DNA of 57,147 nucleotides, counting the filler, from Jimgerdemannia flammicorona (taxonomy: Eukaryota): assembly GCA_003990765.1 (NCBI GenBank). It is 3 parts of 3 records of this genome, joined end to end, with 100 filler letters (N's around TTAATTAATTAA, not from the genome) between each part and the next. Parts side by side here need not be neighbours in the genome. Positions count along the whole stretch, not along the records: positions 19,092 to 38,071 come from RBNJ01002057.1; 2 more parts are not named here. One strand, given 5' to 3'. A program made the position numbers and the translations under genes. Positions 24,933 to 36,765 of the stretch are shown in pieces. Under the pieces are notes generated by a model that searched no databases, was not told the origin of the DNA, and saw only the letters and a program-made list of their open reading frames with translations. Every line of letters begins with the position of its first letter. Position 1 is the stretch's first letter.

Positions 24933-26321
24933 TGTAACCTGAATGTTACCAGAGGGCCACACTCTTGATGCCCGCCATACTTATAATTAGCCAGGATACC
25001 AGACCAGGGTTATTTATCCATATTCTGAGGACACACCTGTGTCTGGTGGACACACTTATGTCTGGCAGACACACTCATGTCCTGCAGACACACTCATGTC
25101 CTGTGGACATATCTGTACCCAGAGGACACACCCAAACATTACCAGAAGTAGTAAATCTATAGTTAGCAACATAGTAACCAGATAGCAACCAACCTGTATA
25201 AATTACCCCAGAGACAAGAGTGAATAAACCTCAGTCTGAAATTGAATCCAAAAGTAAAAGATAAGTCTGCCTACCACACTTTGAGAGGAACTCTACAGCC
25301 ACTGTTAGGAGATTGTGAGCATTGGTCCCCTTTTCCACTCCAGTCCACTTTCCGATACAAAGCCTTGGTTTGCTTGCCAGATAAGCCTGAAGAGTCCAAG
25401 TTTGCCACCTAAGTTCAAGGAAGAACTTCACTAACTTTTGAAGAGAAACCTGCCGCTTAAGGAATAAGCCGCGCTATTGGTATGCTTGCCAGATAAGCCT
25501 GAAGAACCCAAGTTTCCGCCACCTAAGAGAAAGCTGCCAGTTTCTGACGCAACTTCACAGTGATCCGTCATGCAAACGAAGCCAGTCTTTAATGCAACTT
25601 TGCCAAGAGACCCTTTCCCAGTTAAAGCTGCCATTCCCAAGTTATCCGCATTCCCAGAAGCCCGCCGATTCAGAAAGAATCCGCGACGTCCGAGTTATCC
25701 AAGTTATCCAAGCTATCTGCGCCATCTGAGTTATCCAAGTTATCCAAGCTATCTGCGCCATCTGAGTTATCCAAGTTATCCAAGCTATCTGTGCCATCTG
25801 AGTTATCCAAGTTATCCAAGCTATCTGCGCCATCCGAGTTACTAGTTTGTTCCCAGTGAGCCCGATTCAGGAAGAATCTGCACCATCTGCCATTCCCAGA
25901 AGCATCCGCCGCCAGTATAATTCCCAGTGAACCCGCACCCAAATCGAGTCATCTGCCAAATCGCATAAGAAGTCCACCTGTGCTACACAGAGATCACCGC
26001 GCTACACAAGGAGATCGTCATGCAGAAATCGCATACTTTTGGAGATTGTCGCGCTACACACGAAATTCTACCAATTCCCAGTTGGCCCAAGAAGGAAACC
26101 CATTCACAAATTGCCGCTACACCCAGAGAACCGTCCTAATAAGGAAACCTGACGAAATCGACCATTGTATCCAGATTGACTATTATACCACTAAACACCA
26201 ACAAGGACCTTAGGAATCTTAGAACATTTTGTTGCTTTTTGACAAAGTAACTGGGGGCTCAAGCCAAACTACATCAACCCCCAACCTTGTAATTTGCCTC
26301 CATTGAGCCAGGCACGTTACA
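24933..26321 (+). mobile_element. LTR-like element (TGTAAC...GTTACA) related to the Gypsy 1 LTR, with internal repeats
   Basis: 6-bp inverted termini. agagtgaataaacctcagt, gattgtgagc and tgaagagaa..ctgc.gcttaaggaataag match the reverse complement of 12790-12965. No TSD found. Confidence 0.6.
25692..25841 (+). repeat. 36-bp minisatellite (4+ copies) built from 9-bp subunits
   Basis: gagttatccaagttatccaagctatctgcgccatct starts at 25692, 25728, 25764 and 25800. Confidence 0.95.
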
Positions 26322-27234
26322 ATATATTATGTAATTACCAAGATTTTGATATATAAAAAATTATTTTACTGATAAGATAAAAATAACAAAATTTATAAAG
26401 GATTTCTATTCTATATTTTATACTATTATTTTGAAAATATATAATAGAAATATAAATATATTTTAAATTATATTAATCAAATTTAGTTATTTTAGTAGCA
26501 ATTATGACCAATCTCATCTTACTGTCTACTATATTTAGTGGGTAGCCTGATTATAAGTGTAGTATAATTTAAAGTAGTCCAGAATATATTATAACTTTAG
26601 ACAATATCTATATAATACCAGAATGACTCTATAACTCTATGGAGATGTCTGTCAAATAAATTTATAAATTCAGAATTTGTAATTGATATTGAGCTGTAGA
26701 ATTATAAGCTATTGAAAGTTACTTTTAGTGCAGTTATTGGGTATACTGAAGCTCTATCACAGCCAATCCCAAAAATTAACACTCTTATAAAATTGAAATT
26801 TGATATATATTACTAATTTCTGCCCATTCTTAACAAATTGAAATTTGATTCATTTGACATTACTTCTCTTAACAAAATTGAATTTGATCTATGTTGAAAG
26901 TATTACCAAATTCTGCCCACTCTCAACAATATTCATAGCATTTTAAATTTCTGTTAGAGAATTATATTGATAGTGGACAGGGTCTTTTTTTTGAGAGTAG
27001 AGATATATCCTCTCAATAGAAATAGTCTGGGTCTTAAAAAAACAAACCAAAATATAGAAAATGTATAAATCATTAGTATTATTATGAATAAAATTTTTCA
27101 CTTCAGTCTTTAGAGTAATATTAGTCTTCTAGGATAAAATATCAGATCTGGCCTCATAAAATTTATATTATCAAATACACTCTGACCTTGAGAGTAACAC
27201 TAGATCAGATTTTGAAATTGTGCTATCAGGGCAA

Positions 27235-28844
27235 TAAATCAGTTATAGTTTATTTGATAATATCTTACTACTTAGATAACTATAGTAATTCTAGAGCTAA
27301 TATATACTAAAAATTCCAACTTCTAAAAGAGATATATTTATTAGATAAAAATCAATATAGGCAACCACTTCTCTGATAATTTATAATAACTTTTTAAATC
27401 ATATAACCTTGTACTAATGATGATTTATTCAAATATCTGCTCTATCAACTTTTAATATTAGATTAGAGACCTACTATGGTTTTTATAGATAATGAGAAAT
27501 TAGAGTTCAATTCTGAAGTGAGAGTCTGAGAACCAGCTACTACATTCAAAAAAGACAGCAGATATACAAATTACCCAATCTCAATATAGAGAGATAGTAA
27601 TAATAATAACAATAAAAGGCTCTTTCAGATCTTATAATTGAAATAAGTACAATTTACATATCTTAATAAGGAACAATTGGAGAATAAGTTTAATACCAGT
27701 AGTTATAATAATCTGGCTTCAAAAGTATGTATATATTAAAGTTGTTATAGGTAAAAAGCTTATAGTTGAATTTTAGATCTGGCTGAGTAGTCTGGCCTTT
27801 GGTCAGTACTACTTTCATTGGAGTTCACTTTCTGATGAGCTAGCATACTCTTTACTGGGTATGTTGGAAAATAAATAAAAAAATTAGAGAGTTTAAAACA
27901 GATATATGCTTGAATATATTAGTATGGAATAATGTAATAGAACTTTGGTTCTATTTTGTTAGTTTTTAGAACTTCTATAATGATTAATAGAAATAGTTAT
28001 AAATATTAGTATTTAATTATTAGAGGTAAAATTCTTAAAATTATAAAAGACTAACTTCAGCAAAAGTATTTACTAAGAATGTTTTCATTAATTAAGAATA
28101 AAAGTTAGAGAATCAAGGATAATCAAATACTATCATAGTCTTAATTATAAACTATACTAACTAGAGATCAAATATTATTATTTTTAGTAACTTGTTTAGC
28201 ATCTTAAGAGAAATTAATAGAAGAATACTACCAGAAGTGGAGCCTGCAGCTTAATTTGACTCAATATGGAAAAACTCATCAGATCTAGATATAGTAAGAA
28301 TTGATAGATTGAGAGCTCTTTTTTGATTTTATGAGTAGTGGTATATGGCTATTCTTAGTTAATAGAGTAATTTGCCTAATTACTTCTATTAATAAATAAG
28401 ACCTTAATCTACTTATTAGTCATCAACTTCTTAGAGAGACTATTGATATATAGTCAATGGAAGTTTGAGACAATAATAGATCTGTAATGCTCTTAGATGT
28501 TCTGGACTATATATATGCTACACTGATAAAGTTAGCAAGTTTATAACCTTGGCTAAAAGGTCTGGATAATCTTTTGAAACTTCATTATAGTAGAGATAAA
28601 TTATTACTCTTCAACAAGGAATTCTTAATAAGTATGAGTTATTAGCTTACATTGATTATATTCCTGCTCTTTGTATATATCACCTATTACTACTACTAAT
28701 TGAATAACTTAGTGAGTCTCTTGAATCAGTACCCAGAAGCTGGCAATAGCATTCAGATATTGAGAAGTTGGGCAAACTTAGTCATTTAGAGGAATTAAAA
28801 GTTGTAATAAGGTTTCTGTAGGTAAATCTGTAAAAGGATTATTA
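27235..28844 (+). pseudogene. 18S rRNA pseudogene (5'-truncated, hypermutated, internal deletions)
   Basis: Recognisable blocks taaatcagttatagtttatttgat, aattctagagctaata, gcttaatttgactcaa and gtcatttagaggaa; 3' end gtaataaggtttctgtaggtaaatctgtaaaaggattatta. Pervasive C>T/G>A changes. Confidence 0.93.
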
Positions 28845-29011
28845 AAAAATAGATATAGCCTATATATCCATCTTATGTATAAACAATAGAGAAAAAATAG
28901 AATATAGAGCACTTCTTCTTTAGAAGAGTATTGCCAACTTTTCTCTATATTTTTTTTTTTATAAATACTATCAAAATTTAAATAAAATTATTTTTAAATA
29001 AAAACTATTAT

Positions 29012-29167
29012 ACAACTTTCAACAATAGATCTCTTGGCTCTCACATCAGTAAAGAATGCAGCAAAATACAATACATAATGTAAATTGCAGAATTCAGTAA
29101 ATTATTGAATCTTTGAATACATATTGCACTCTCTGGTATTCCAGAGAGTACACCTGTTTCAGTATCA
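29012..29167 (+). pseudogene. 5.8S rRNA pseudogene
   Basis: acaactttcaacaatagatctcttggctc...ttgcagaattcagt...cctgtttcagtatca; all CpG sites are mutated. Confidence 0.93.
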
Positions 29168-29415
29168 AAATGACATCCAAAATTTGGTTTGTTTTGCTAA
29201 TCAGATAGTTCCAAATTATTGGGATTTGGGCTCTGCTGAATTTTTGTTTGGCTGACCTTAAATGATTTAGCCATATCATGAAAATTTTTGGGTGATAAGG
29301 CATAATATTTGGTACTCTTTCATATCTATCCCTTTTGCTGAAGTCTGTATATTTTGTGAAAAGTTGGCTCAATGATATAGAAAATTGAATAAATATAATT
29401 TTTTTCAACCATGGT

Positions 29416-30552
29416 TTAGATCTGAAATCAGGTGGGACTACCCGCTGAACTTAAGCATTTCAATAAGTGGAGGAAAAGAAACTAACAAGGATTCCCCTAG
29501 TAATGGCGAGTGAAGCGAGAAAAGTTCAAATTTAAAATCTGACAGATTATCCTGTCTGAGTTGTAGTTTCAAGAAGTGTTTTCGGTGCGTGTCTGAGTAT
29601 AAGTTCTTTGGGACAGGACATCATAGAGGGTGAGAATCCTGTTTATGACCCGGAACAGCGTACTATGTGATACGTTTTCTAAGAGTCAGGTTGTTTGGGA
29701 ATGCAGCCTAAAATGGGTGGTAAATTTCATCTAAAGCAAATATTGGCGAGACCGATAGCGAACAAGTACCATGAGGGAAAGATGAAAAGAACTTTGAAAA
29801 GAGAGTTAAACAGTACATGAAATTGTTGAAAGGGAAACTTTGAAATCAGTCGTGTGGGCGGGTAATCAGCTTGGCCTTTGGGTCTTGTGCACTTTCTCGT
29901 CTCGCAGGCCAGCGTCGGTTTTGTTTGCCGGATAAATGCCAAGGGAATGTAGCTCAACCTTTTACGAGGAGGGGTGTTATAGCCCTGGTAAATACGGCGG
30001 TCGAGACCGAGGTCTGCAGTCGATGCCTCTCGGGGCTGAGGACTCCATCGCTCATTCGCACCCGTGCCTAGACAGCTTGCTGACTAGGTGTGTGGTCTGT
30101 GGGTGACACGGTGGCCTACCACACATCGGCTTGGGTCGCTGGCATAATGGTTTTAAATGACCCGTCTTGAAACACGGACCAAGGAGTCTAACATATATGC
30201 GAGTGTTTGGGTGGCAAACCCATGCGCGTAATGAAAGTGAATGTAGGTGAGATCCTCACGGAGCATCATCTACCGATCTTGAAATTTTTGGATGGATTTG
30301 AGTAAGAGCATATCTGTTGGGACCCGAAAGATGGTGAACTATGCCTGAATAGGGTGAGCCAGAGGAAACCCTGGTGGAGGCTCGTCGCGATTCTGACATG
30401 CAAATCGATCATCAAATTTGGGTATAGGGGTGAAAGACTAATCGAACCATCTAGTAGCTGGTTCCTGCCGAAGTTTCCCTCAGGATAGCAGAAACTCGTG
30501 AGGTAAAGCAAATGATTGGGTTGTAAGCCTTAACCTATTCTCAAACTTTAAA
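29416..30552 (+). pseudogene. 28S rRNA 5' fragment (truncated after about 1.1 kb, lightly mutated)
   Basis: Intact ACCCGCTGAACTTAAGC (29440-29456), GACCCGTCTTGAAACACGG (30159-30177) and cgaagtttccctcaggatagc. Homology ends after cctattctcaaactttaaa. Confidence 0.93.
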
Positions 30553-30676
30553 AGCGAAAATCGGGGGTTCACACCGGTTTTTCCAATTTGAGAAGTCAGA
30601 CGTATATGAGCAGTCACGCTTCATATCCTTATAGCTCGGAAAAAGAATTGCTTGACCTTTACCTCTTCAACTCTAA

Positions 30677-31955
30677 ATGATCCCCCACCACCTTACTTCG
30701 CTGCAAGCACGCCTCCCGTCGCTCAAAAACCTGACAAATTCTGCATGCATCCAGCATCGCAAAGCCCGTTTCCCGGACCTCGACGGCACCCTTCAAATGC
30801 TCCTTACTCTACTTGGAGTCCCACAACTCGCGGGCTACATCGTTTGGATCTCACCCGACCGGTTCATAAACATCAGCTCTGTTCACGAAGGTGAATCCGC
30901 CAAGGTGTATAAAGGAACCATCGCTGCAGACATGGAGGATGCCGAGGAGTATTTGGCTCTCAAGGAATTGAATAGTAGAGAGGAGGTATGCCGTAAAAGC
31001 CAAAAAGCAGCCACTGTTACGTCATCAAATTGACCTCGCCATTTCAGCTCATGTCGCTGCTTTTTATTTCAAACTCGCCTCACACAGCTTATCATAAACG
31101 TCTGTCTCACCGCCCACGATGTAGGCTCCACCGTCCCCCTAATCGGTCTCTCTCAACATCCAACCACTAACAAATACTTGATGGTATTCGAGTTCGCTCC
31201 ACACGGCACCCTCGAAGCTACAATTTCCTCCGACTCCAATGACTGGCACCTCATCGCGCAGCTATCCTCCCGTCTTGCACACCGCCTAGCCGACCTTCAC
31301 GCGTTCGGCTATGCTCACCACGATCTCCACCCTGGAAATATCATGTACAAGACCCCACACCACCCGCTCCTAATCGATCTTGGCCTCTCCACGCCACTCA
31401 AAGAACCCGTCACCCAAACGGCCTACTGCGGCCGCCGTGAGTACCTCACGCCTGAGTTTTTCTTCAACGAACCACAAACGTCTGCAGAGGACGTATATTG
31501 CCTCGCCACCGTCCTCTGGCAATACACCACCGGCGTTCCACCGAAAGGCGATGCATCCAGAAAACACTGACGCATTGCGCGAGCGACTGATCCCTGATGC
31601 GCCGATGGAGTTTGCGTCTCTGCTCCGAGAGTGTTGGCAACCCGACCCCCATATGCGCCCATGTATGCAGCAGGTTTACGCACGGTTGGAGAAATGGCGG
31701 AAGTCGTTCAACGGAATTTCTATGCCGTTCTCGCTGCAGACGGAAGCATTTATTAAGGAACTTCGGGCGAAGCTTGATAGGGAGCCGGTGCCATGCGATT
31801 CATCATCGAGTTCCACGGAAGGAAGAGTGGTCGAATCCGCTGTTCCTTTGGATTTATCCGATGAGCTGAAGGGATGGAGCACAAATCGAGAAGCTGATGG
31901 CGAGTCAGTTGGAAGGAAATCCATATTTTCGGAAGAGAGAGCGTGGGTTTACTGA
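30677..31955 (+). CDS. Protein kinase (TKL-like fungal family); intron 30986-31087; frameshift near 31560
   Basis: EGESAKVYKG, ALKE, LMVFEFAPHGTL, HHDLHPGN, IDLG and EDVYCL. The subdomain XI segment LRECWQPDPHMRP is in a different frame. Confidence 0.8.
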
Positions 31956-32940
31956 ACACTTTATGACTGTTCCAACGTCCCCTGCACCTCTTTTTTTCCA
32001 TTTCGGTATGCGGGCTCACAAAGCATTCAGTCATTGTGTGCTAAACTAAGTCTAAAAAAACGTTCCATTCATTTAAGCTATCACTGTTGACAGCTGTCAC
32101 CATTGACAAATATACCCGGTTTTTTTTTTTTTTGACAATCAATTATGCCAGAAAGATTTATGCTGTAAATGAGTAATTCCAAAAACACTCACCCATTTAA
32201 GCTGTCAACTATTGACAATTATATGCCAGAAAGGTTATGTTGTAAATGAGTAACTTTAAGTATCGTGTTTTCTTCTTGCCCTTAAGGTGTATGTGTTCAA
32301 TTTTAATTTTCGTTTTGCTATCATCAATCGCAGTCCGTTTGTGATACAAATCACCTGACTCGTGAACCGATGCTCGCAACCTCCCTCCATCTACCTTTCT
32401 ACCTTGGAGCTTGAAGGATTCTTGGATCGAGTTGATTTTCAGTGTCGAAACAATTAGTCGAGGACAGACAGCTACAAGAAATTTTGTGGCTGGGGTCATC
32501 TCACTGTAACGGAGGACGGGCTTGACGCGCTAGGCTTAAGATGCTACAAGCCGTCTCAATACATCAGAAACCCTTTTAAAATTGGCTCCAAAGGCAGAGG
32601 CCTCGCTGATTTGTCTTTTTAGTGCCCTCCGAGCTTCCTTACATCCATTGAAACTTCAATGAGTTGGGTTTTGGAGTGGGTCGGATAGGGCCCATGGTAT
32701 GGGTGTAGAACCATCAACACAACAAGAACGCTTGGGAGAACGTATGAGGAATGAAAAACTGGCGACGTGGAACGCACATTTGAAATATCATCCACGATAC
32801 ACTTCCAACTGTCATACAAAAGAGGAATAGCAGAAAAAGGTGGCTCGAAAGCCTGGCTGTCTATTATATGCAACCCAAGTACAAGTAAGGGAAAACTCGG
32901 TCCACCGTCACCGTACAGAACCTTTCCCTCTTTAAGCTCC

Positions 32941-34279
32941 TCATCCAAACCTCGCAACCCTCCTCCTCCTCATCTCCTCGACACTAACATCTTCCTCCGC
33001 CTCTTTCCCCTCCCGTTCCACCACCTTCGCCTTCCCCTTTCGGTCATCCTCCCTCTTTCTCTTTCCGTCGCTCACTTCTTCTTCACCCGCGATGGTCCCC
33101 GCCTCTCTAATACTAGCCTCGATTGCTGCGTGCCCAATCGTCGTCCTCCAGCCCCGCGATCGGCTGCTCAGGCGTTCCCGAAAGAGTGTATCCTTGCCCG
33201 GCAAGGGTGTTCGACGCGCGCGATTTGGGAGGGGGTGGGAGCGTCGCGGCTAGGTCGTCGGCTGGGCTCGTGGGTGACGTACCCCGGATTACAAAGATTG
33301 AGTAGCCTTGAAAGAATGAGGGAAAGGAAGGTGTTTGACAATGGGTGAAAATCGACGGTAACGGTTACCGACAGATGCTGGAAAAGAATGAAGATAAATG
33401 TACCCTCAGACTCAATCTGGCGCAGCATCATGCCGAGGTAAGTCTCGCTGATCCACTCGGCACCATCGAGCATTGAATTGAGGTTGTACCAGCGCGAGGG
33501 GAGTGCGAAGCGGCGAAGCGTATACCAATGCTCTTGGAGGTTGCAGATGAAGGCGAGCTCGTCTCTGGGGTGTTGGGTGACGGGAGAATGAATACTTGCA
33601 AATAGCGCTTCATAAGTGACTAGCGGGCGAGTCAAAAAGTAAGGAAACTTACTGTGGACGGTCGCGCGCTTCGATGGCGGTTTCGGCACCGAGGGGGGTC
33701 GCTTCTGTATATATGTGTGACGATCAATGGTGACTGTTGATCAAGCACGCGGATCAACTGACCAAGGCCCATATTTTTAAAGCGTTTTGCATTACCTGTG
33801 GTGGTGTGCGAGGGCGAAATCGGACTGGTGGGTACGGTGGACCCTATGCATTGACGTCAACGTGATAATGGCGTATAAACCACAAGGTGAAAACCTGGAT
33901 TGAGAAGAACCCGGAGTCGTCGTAGTTGGCGCTCTCCCTCGGCTGTTCCCTTGGGGCGACAACGTCCTGCTCGTCCTCGTCGAGCTTGCCGGCGATCTCG
34001 GCGAGGTCGACGGCGGTAAAGTAGGGACCTTTGTGGAGGAAAGTTGTGTGGGAGATCGAACATCGTGTACGGGCTGCCGTTCGCCAAACGAAAGACAGGA
34101 CACGACGGTGAGGTTCTTACCTTGCAGCAGGGCGTTGAGGGCATGCTGGAGGCATAGGTTGCCTTCTTGCTGTGTATTATGTGGACATGCGAGTGTTATA
34201 TGGTAGTGCCAGGTTTGTTCCAAAAGTGATAGAAACTTGGTATACCTTTTCAAAGGTGGATGTGGGGAACGAGATCCAT
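32941..34279 (-). CDS. Ataxin-3 / Josephin-domain deubiquitinase with UIM-like tail; multi-exon, apparent frameshifts
   Basis: MDLVPHI; QEGNLCLQHALNALLQG; NYDDSGFFSIQ; AFICNLQEHWYTLRRF..WYNLNS; AAIEASIRE; EEMRRRRVARFG. Confidence 0.88.
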
Positions 34280-34635
34280 AGTGTGGTTTGTTTGTCAAGT
34301 TGAGGGTTCCACCGCTTGTATGTCACCTTTGAGTGCTCGCTAACAGGCCGATTTAAAGCGATCGCCATTTTGGGGTCATTCTTACTAACCTTAAGTTCAA
34401 GGCTCGCCGCCACGGGATTGCCAGGTATGATTGTAATCGATTAAAAAATATATATCATTTAATTAAATTGTGATTAACCTAGACTGAACCAGACCAAACT
34501 AGCTCATCCAGAGCTACAATTTTAATGTTATTACTATTTTTACTTAGCTTTGGCGGCTATAAATTACAGAAATCAGTGTATATTGTATATAATTTATTCA
34601 TATAAATTTATATCAAACAGCTAAAAAAATCAAAT

Positions 34636-34705
34636 CCGAGCATAGCTCAGTTGGTAGAGCGGAAGACTGTAGTGTTAAACTGTCATAGTTCGAATCTGGT
34701 TGCTC
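34636..34705 (+). pseudogene. tRNA-Tyr(GTA) pseudogene
   Basis: ccgagcatagctcagttggtagagcggaagactgtag (D arm and GTA anticodon) and gttcgaatctggttgctc (T arm and partial acceptor) are present. The 3' strand of the anticodon stem is missing. Confidence 0.7.
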
Positions 34706-35161
34706 TTTTCCGCGATTTTCTCTCTCTCACGTGATTCACAACGGAATAAACTTTATTCATTTCGTGGGAAGTTAATACGTACAAGGAATGTCAATTCATC
34801 GCTTTCGCAACGATAATGCTCTCCAAAAGGGATGGTTGCTAGCTAAGACCGCCGTGCCTTCGTCTATGACATTTTTAAAAGCATAAGTCTCGGCATAATA
34901 TTGAGTGGTCAAACCGTCATAACGACGTGATTAGTTAGTTTCAACAAACGTCCTGGCGGGGTTCGAATTTAAGGTTTGCATGCGAGACTGTTCACCAAAA
35001 AACGCCACAAGATCCAATTTTGGAGGCAAAAAAAACCTGTTTGTGTGATTTATGGTCGCTGTACATAATGAAATCTCCGTCGGCTGTGTAAAGTGTATTG
35101 CGTCGGTGGTGTCCACAATTAAAACATACAAAAAGAAAAGAAAGTGCAATGAAAGTAGAAT

Positions 35162-36547
35162 TTACAATTCGGAAAGCAAAGCCACCAGATGCGGTGGCGG
35201 AACAGGCGGCCCTCCGCGCTGCTCAATATTTCCACCCACATGCTGCAGCGGAACCGACGACGATCCGTGCCTCTCAATGTCCCATTCTTCGTTATTGGTG
35301 CCCTCAGGTCTCGCCCCGCCACGGTGCTCTGGGTCAGAGAATTCGTCGTCGATCGCCCACCCGGCGAAATCCTTATCCTCGTTCCCGGGCTTGTCCTCTC
35401 CCAGGCTTCGGATATTGTCCTTTAACCCTTTGCCAAAGTTGCGCATCACCACGACGGTGTACCCAATGTTGAGGAACGAGTCGATAACGCCGCAGACCAT
35501 CAGGACCCCCCAGGTTACGGACATATTGTTGACGCTGAAAATCAGCCCAAAGTTGACCGCAATCCCGACATTCAAAAAAATGTAAGCAATGAGCGGCCAT
35601 CGCATCTCCCGCCGCGCCGCGGTCCCAATCGTTGCGAACGCCAGCAGGTTCAATGCCGTGATCACTATGTGGAATATGGATTGACCCAAGCTGATGCCCG
35701 CGAAATTCGACTGCACGAGAATGCCCAAGAATACCGCCTCAAAGCGTATTTGGAACAAGGGCGACAGTTTCAGAAATACGAGGAAGAACTGGTACTGTCG
35801 GTACATTGTCTGTGTCGTCAGGTCGGCTCCGATGCGACGGTAGATGTTCCACCCGAACTGCTGGTACAGCTTCCACACGACGAACGCCGACGCGCCCGCG
35901 AAGGCCAACCCGAAGGCAAACTCCACCGTCGCGTAGTTTCGCTGGTATACGAGATGGTATACAGGCAAATAAATCCCGTATGCCTCGCGGAAGTAGTCCA
36001 AGTTCCGGTACCACAGCACCGCGTCGTAAAACTGCGACAACGTGAACGCCAGACAGAGTACCTGCACGGCGAGGTAGGCAAAAAGCTGGATGGAGTTTTG
36101 ATGCAGGATGGCGTCGACGGCGAAGATGAACATCATGAAAACGAAGACGATGAAGAAGATGGTGTGCAGCGCCCGCGTCTGGAAGTTCAACCCGGCTCGG
36201 GCTAGTGGGTCGTCGCCGGCGCTGATTATGTGCGAGGCGTTGATGGTCGCGAGCCACGATGCTTCCCCGAAAGTATCGTTGTCCATGATGCGGATGGCCT
36301 CGAACTCTAACACGTTGTCGCAGTAGATGGCCATTTCTAGCCCGCACGTCAAGAGCAAGTAAAGGAGCGCGAGGAGCGGGAGTGCAATGGTCCAGCGAGA
36401 TTCTGTGAGCCGCGACCTGGATACGCGGAGGAAGTTGACGGCGCGCAGTTCGGGAGGTGTGGCGGTGGTGGGAGGGGGAGTAGCCATGGTAATGGGGGTA
36501 TAGTGAACAGCACTGGGAGTGGTAGGTGCCGCAGCAGGGTGGAACAT
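35162..36547 (-). CDS. Multi-pass membrane protein, UPF0658 Golgi membrane protein-like
   Basis: 461-aa ORF with several hydrophobic segments and the family-like motifs DAILHQNSIQL, WKLYQQFGWNIYRRIGADL..MYRQYQFFLVFLKL and NFGKGLK. Confidence 0.8.
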   Translation of the reverse strand: MFHPAAAPTTPSAVHYTPITMATPPPTTATPPELRAVNFLRVSRSRLTESRWTIALPLLALLYLLLTCGLEMAIYCDNVLEFEAIRIMDNDTFGEASWLATINASHIISAGDDPLARAGLNFQTRALHTIFFIVFVFMMFIFAVDAILHQNSIQLFAYLAVQVLCLAFTLSQFYDAVLWYRNLDYFREAYGIYLPVYHLVYQRNYATVEFAFGLAFAGASAFVVWKLYQQFGWNIYRRIGADLTTQTMYRQYQFFLVFLKLSPLFQIRFEAVFLGILVQSNFAGISLGQSIFHIVITALNLLAFATIGTAARREMRWPLIAYIFLNVGIAVNFGLIFSVNNMSVTWGVLMVCGVIDSFLNIGYTVVVMRNFGKGLKDNIRSLGEDKPGNEDKDFAGWAIDDEFSDPEHRGGARPEGTNNEEWDIERHGSSSVPLQHVGGNIEQRGGPPVPPPHLVALLSEL

Positions 36548-36765
36548 GGGATGCAGAACTCTTCAGAGAGAGGGGGGCCACGAGGGGATTTAAGTGTACG
36601 ATTTTCCGACGCTAGTCTGCCTCAGATGGGCGGACTAACCTCCAGGCCCGTGTTACCTGATAAGGATGGCGATATGTCCGTTAAAGGAGGGTAGACGGGT
36701 GTTTGCCGAATATTAACATTCGTGGCTGTCGGTTTATTTTGGTGTAACTGGATTCTATTTTCCCT

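Noticed and set aside
25692..25841. 36-bp repeats resembling a CRISPR array
   Set aside because: Head-to-tail units with no unique spacers and no cas genes, in a eukaryotic LTR context.
27235..30552. Functional rRNA operon
   Set aside because: Truncated at both ends, with deletions and mutated universally conserved positions; called as pseudogenes instead.
35669..36581. Overlapping alternative-frame ORFs (178 and 280 aa)
   Set aside because: Shadows of the GC3-rich membrane protein gene.
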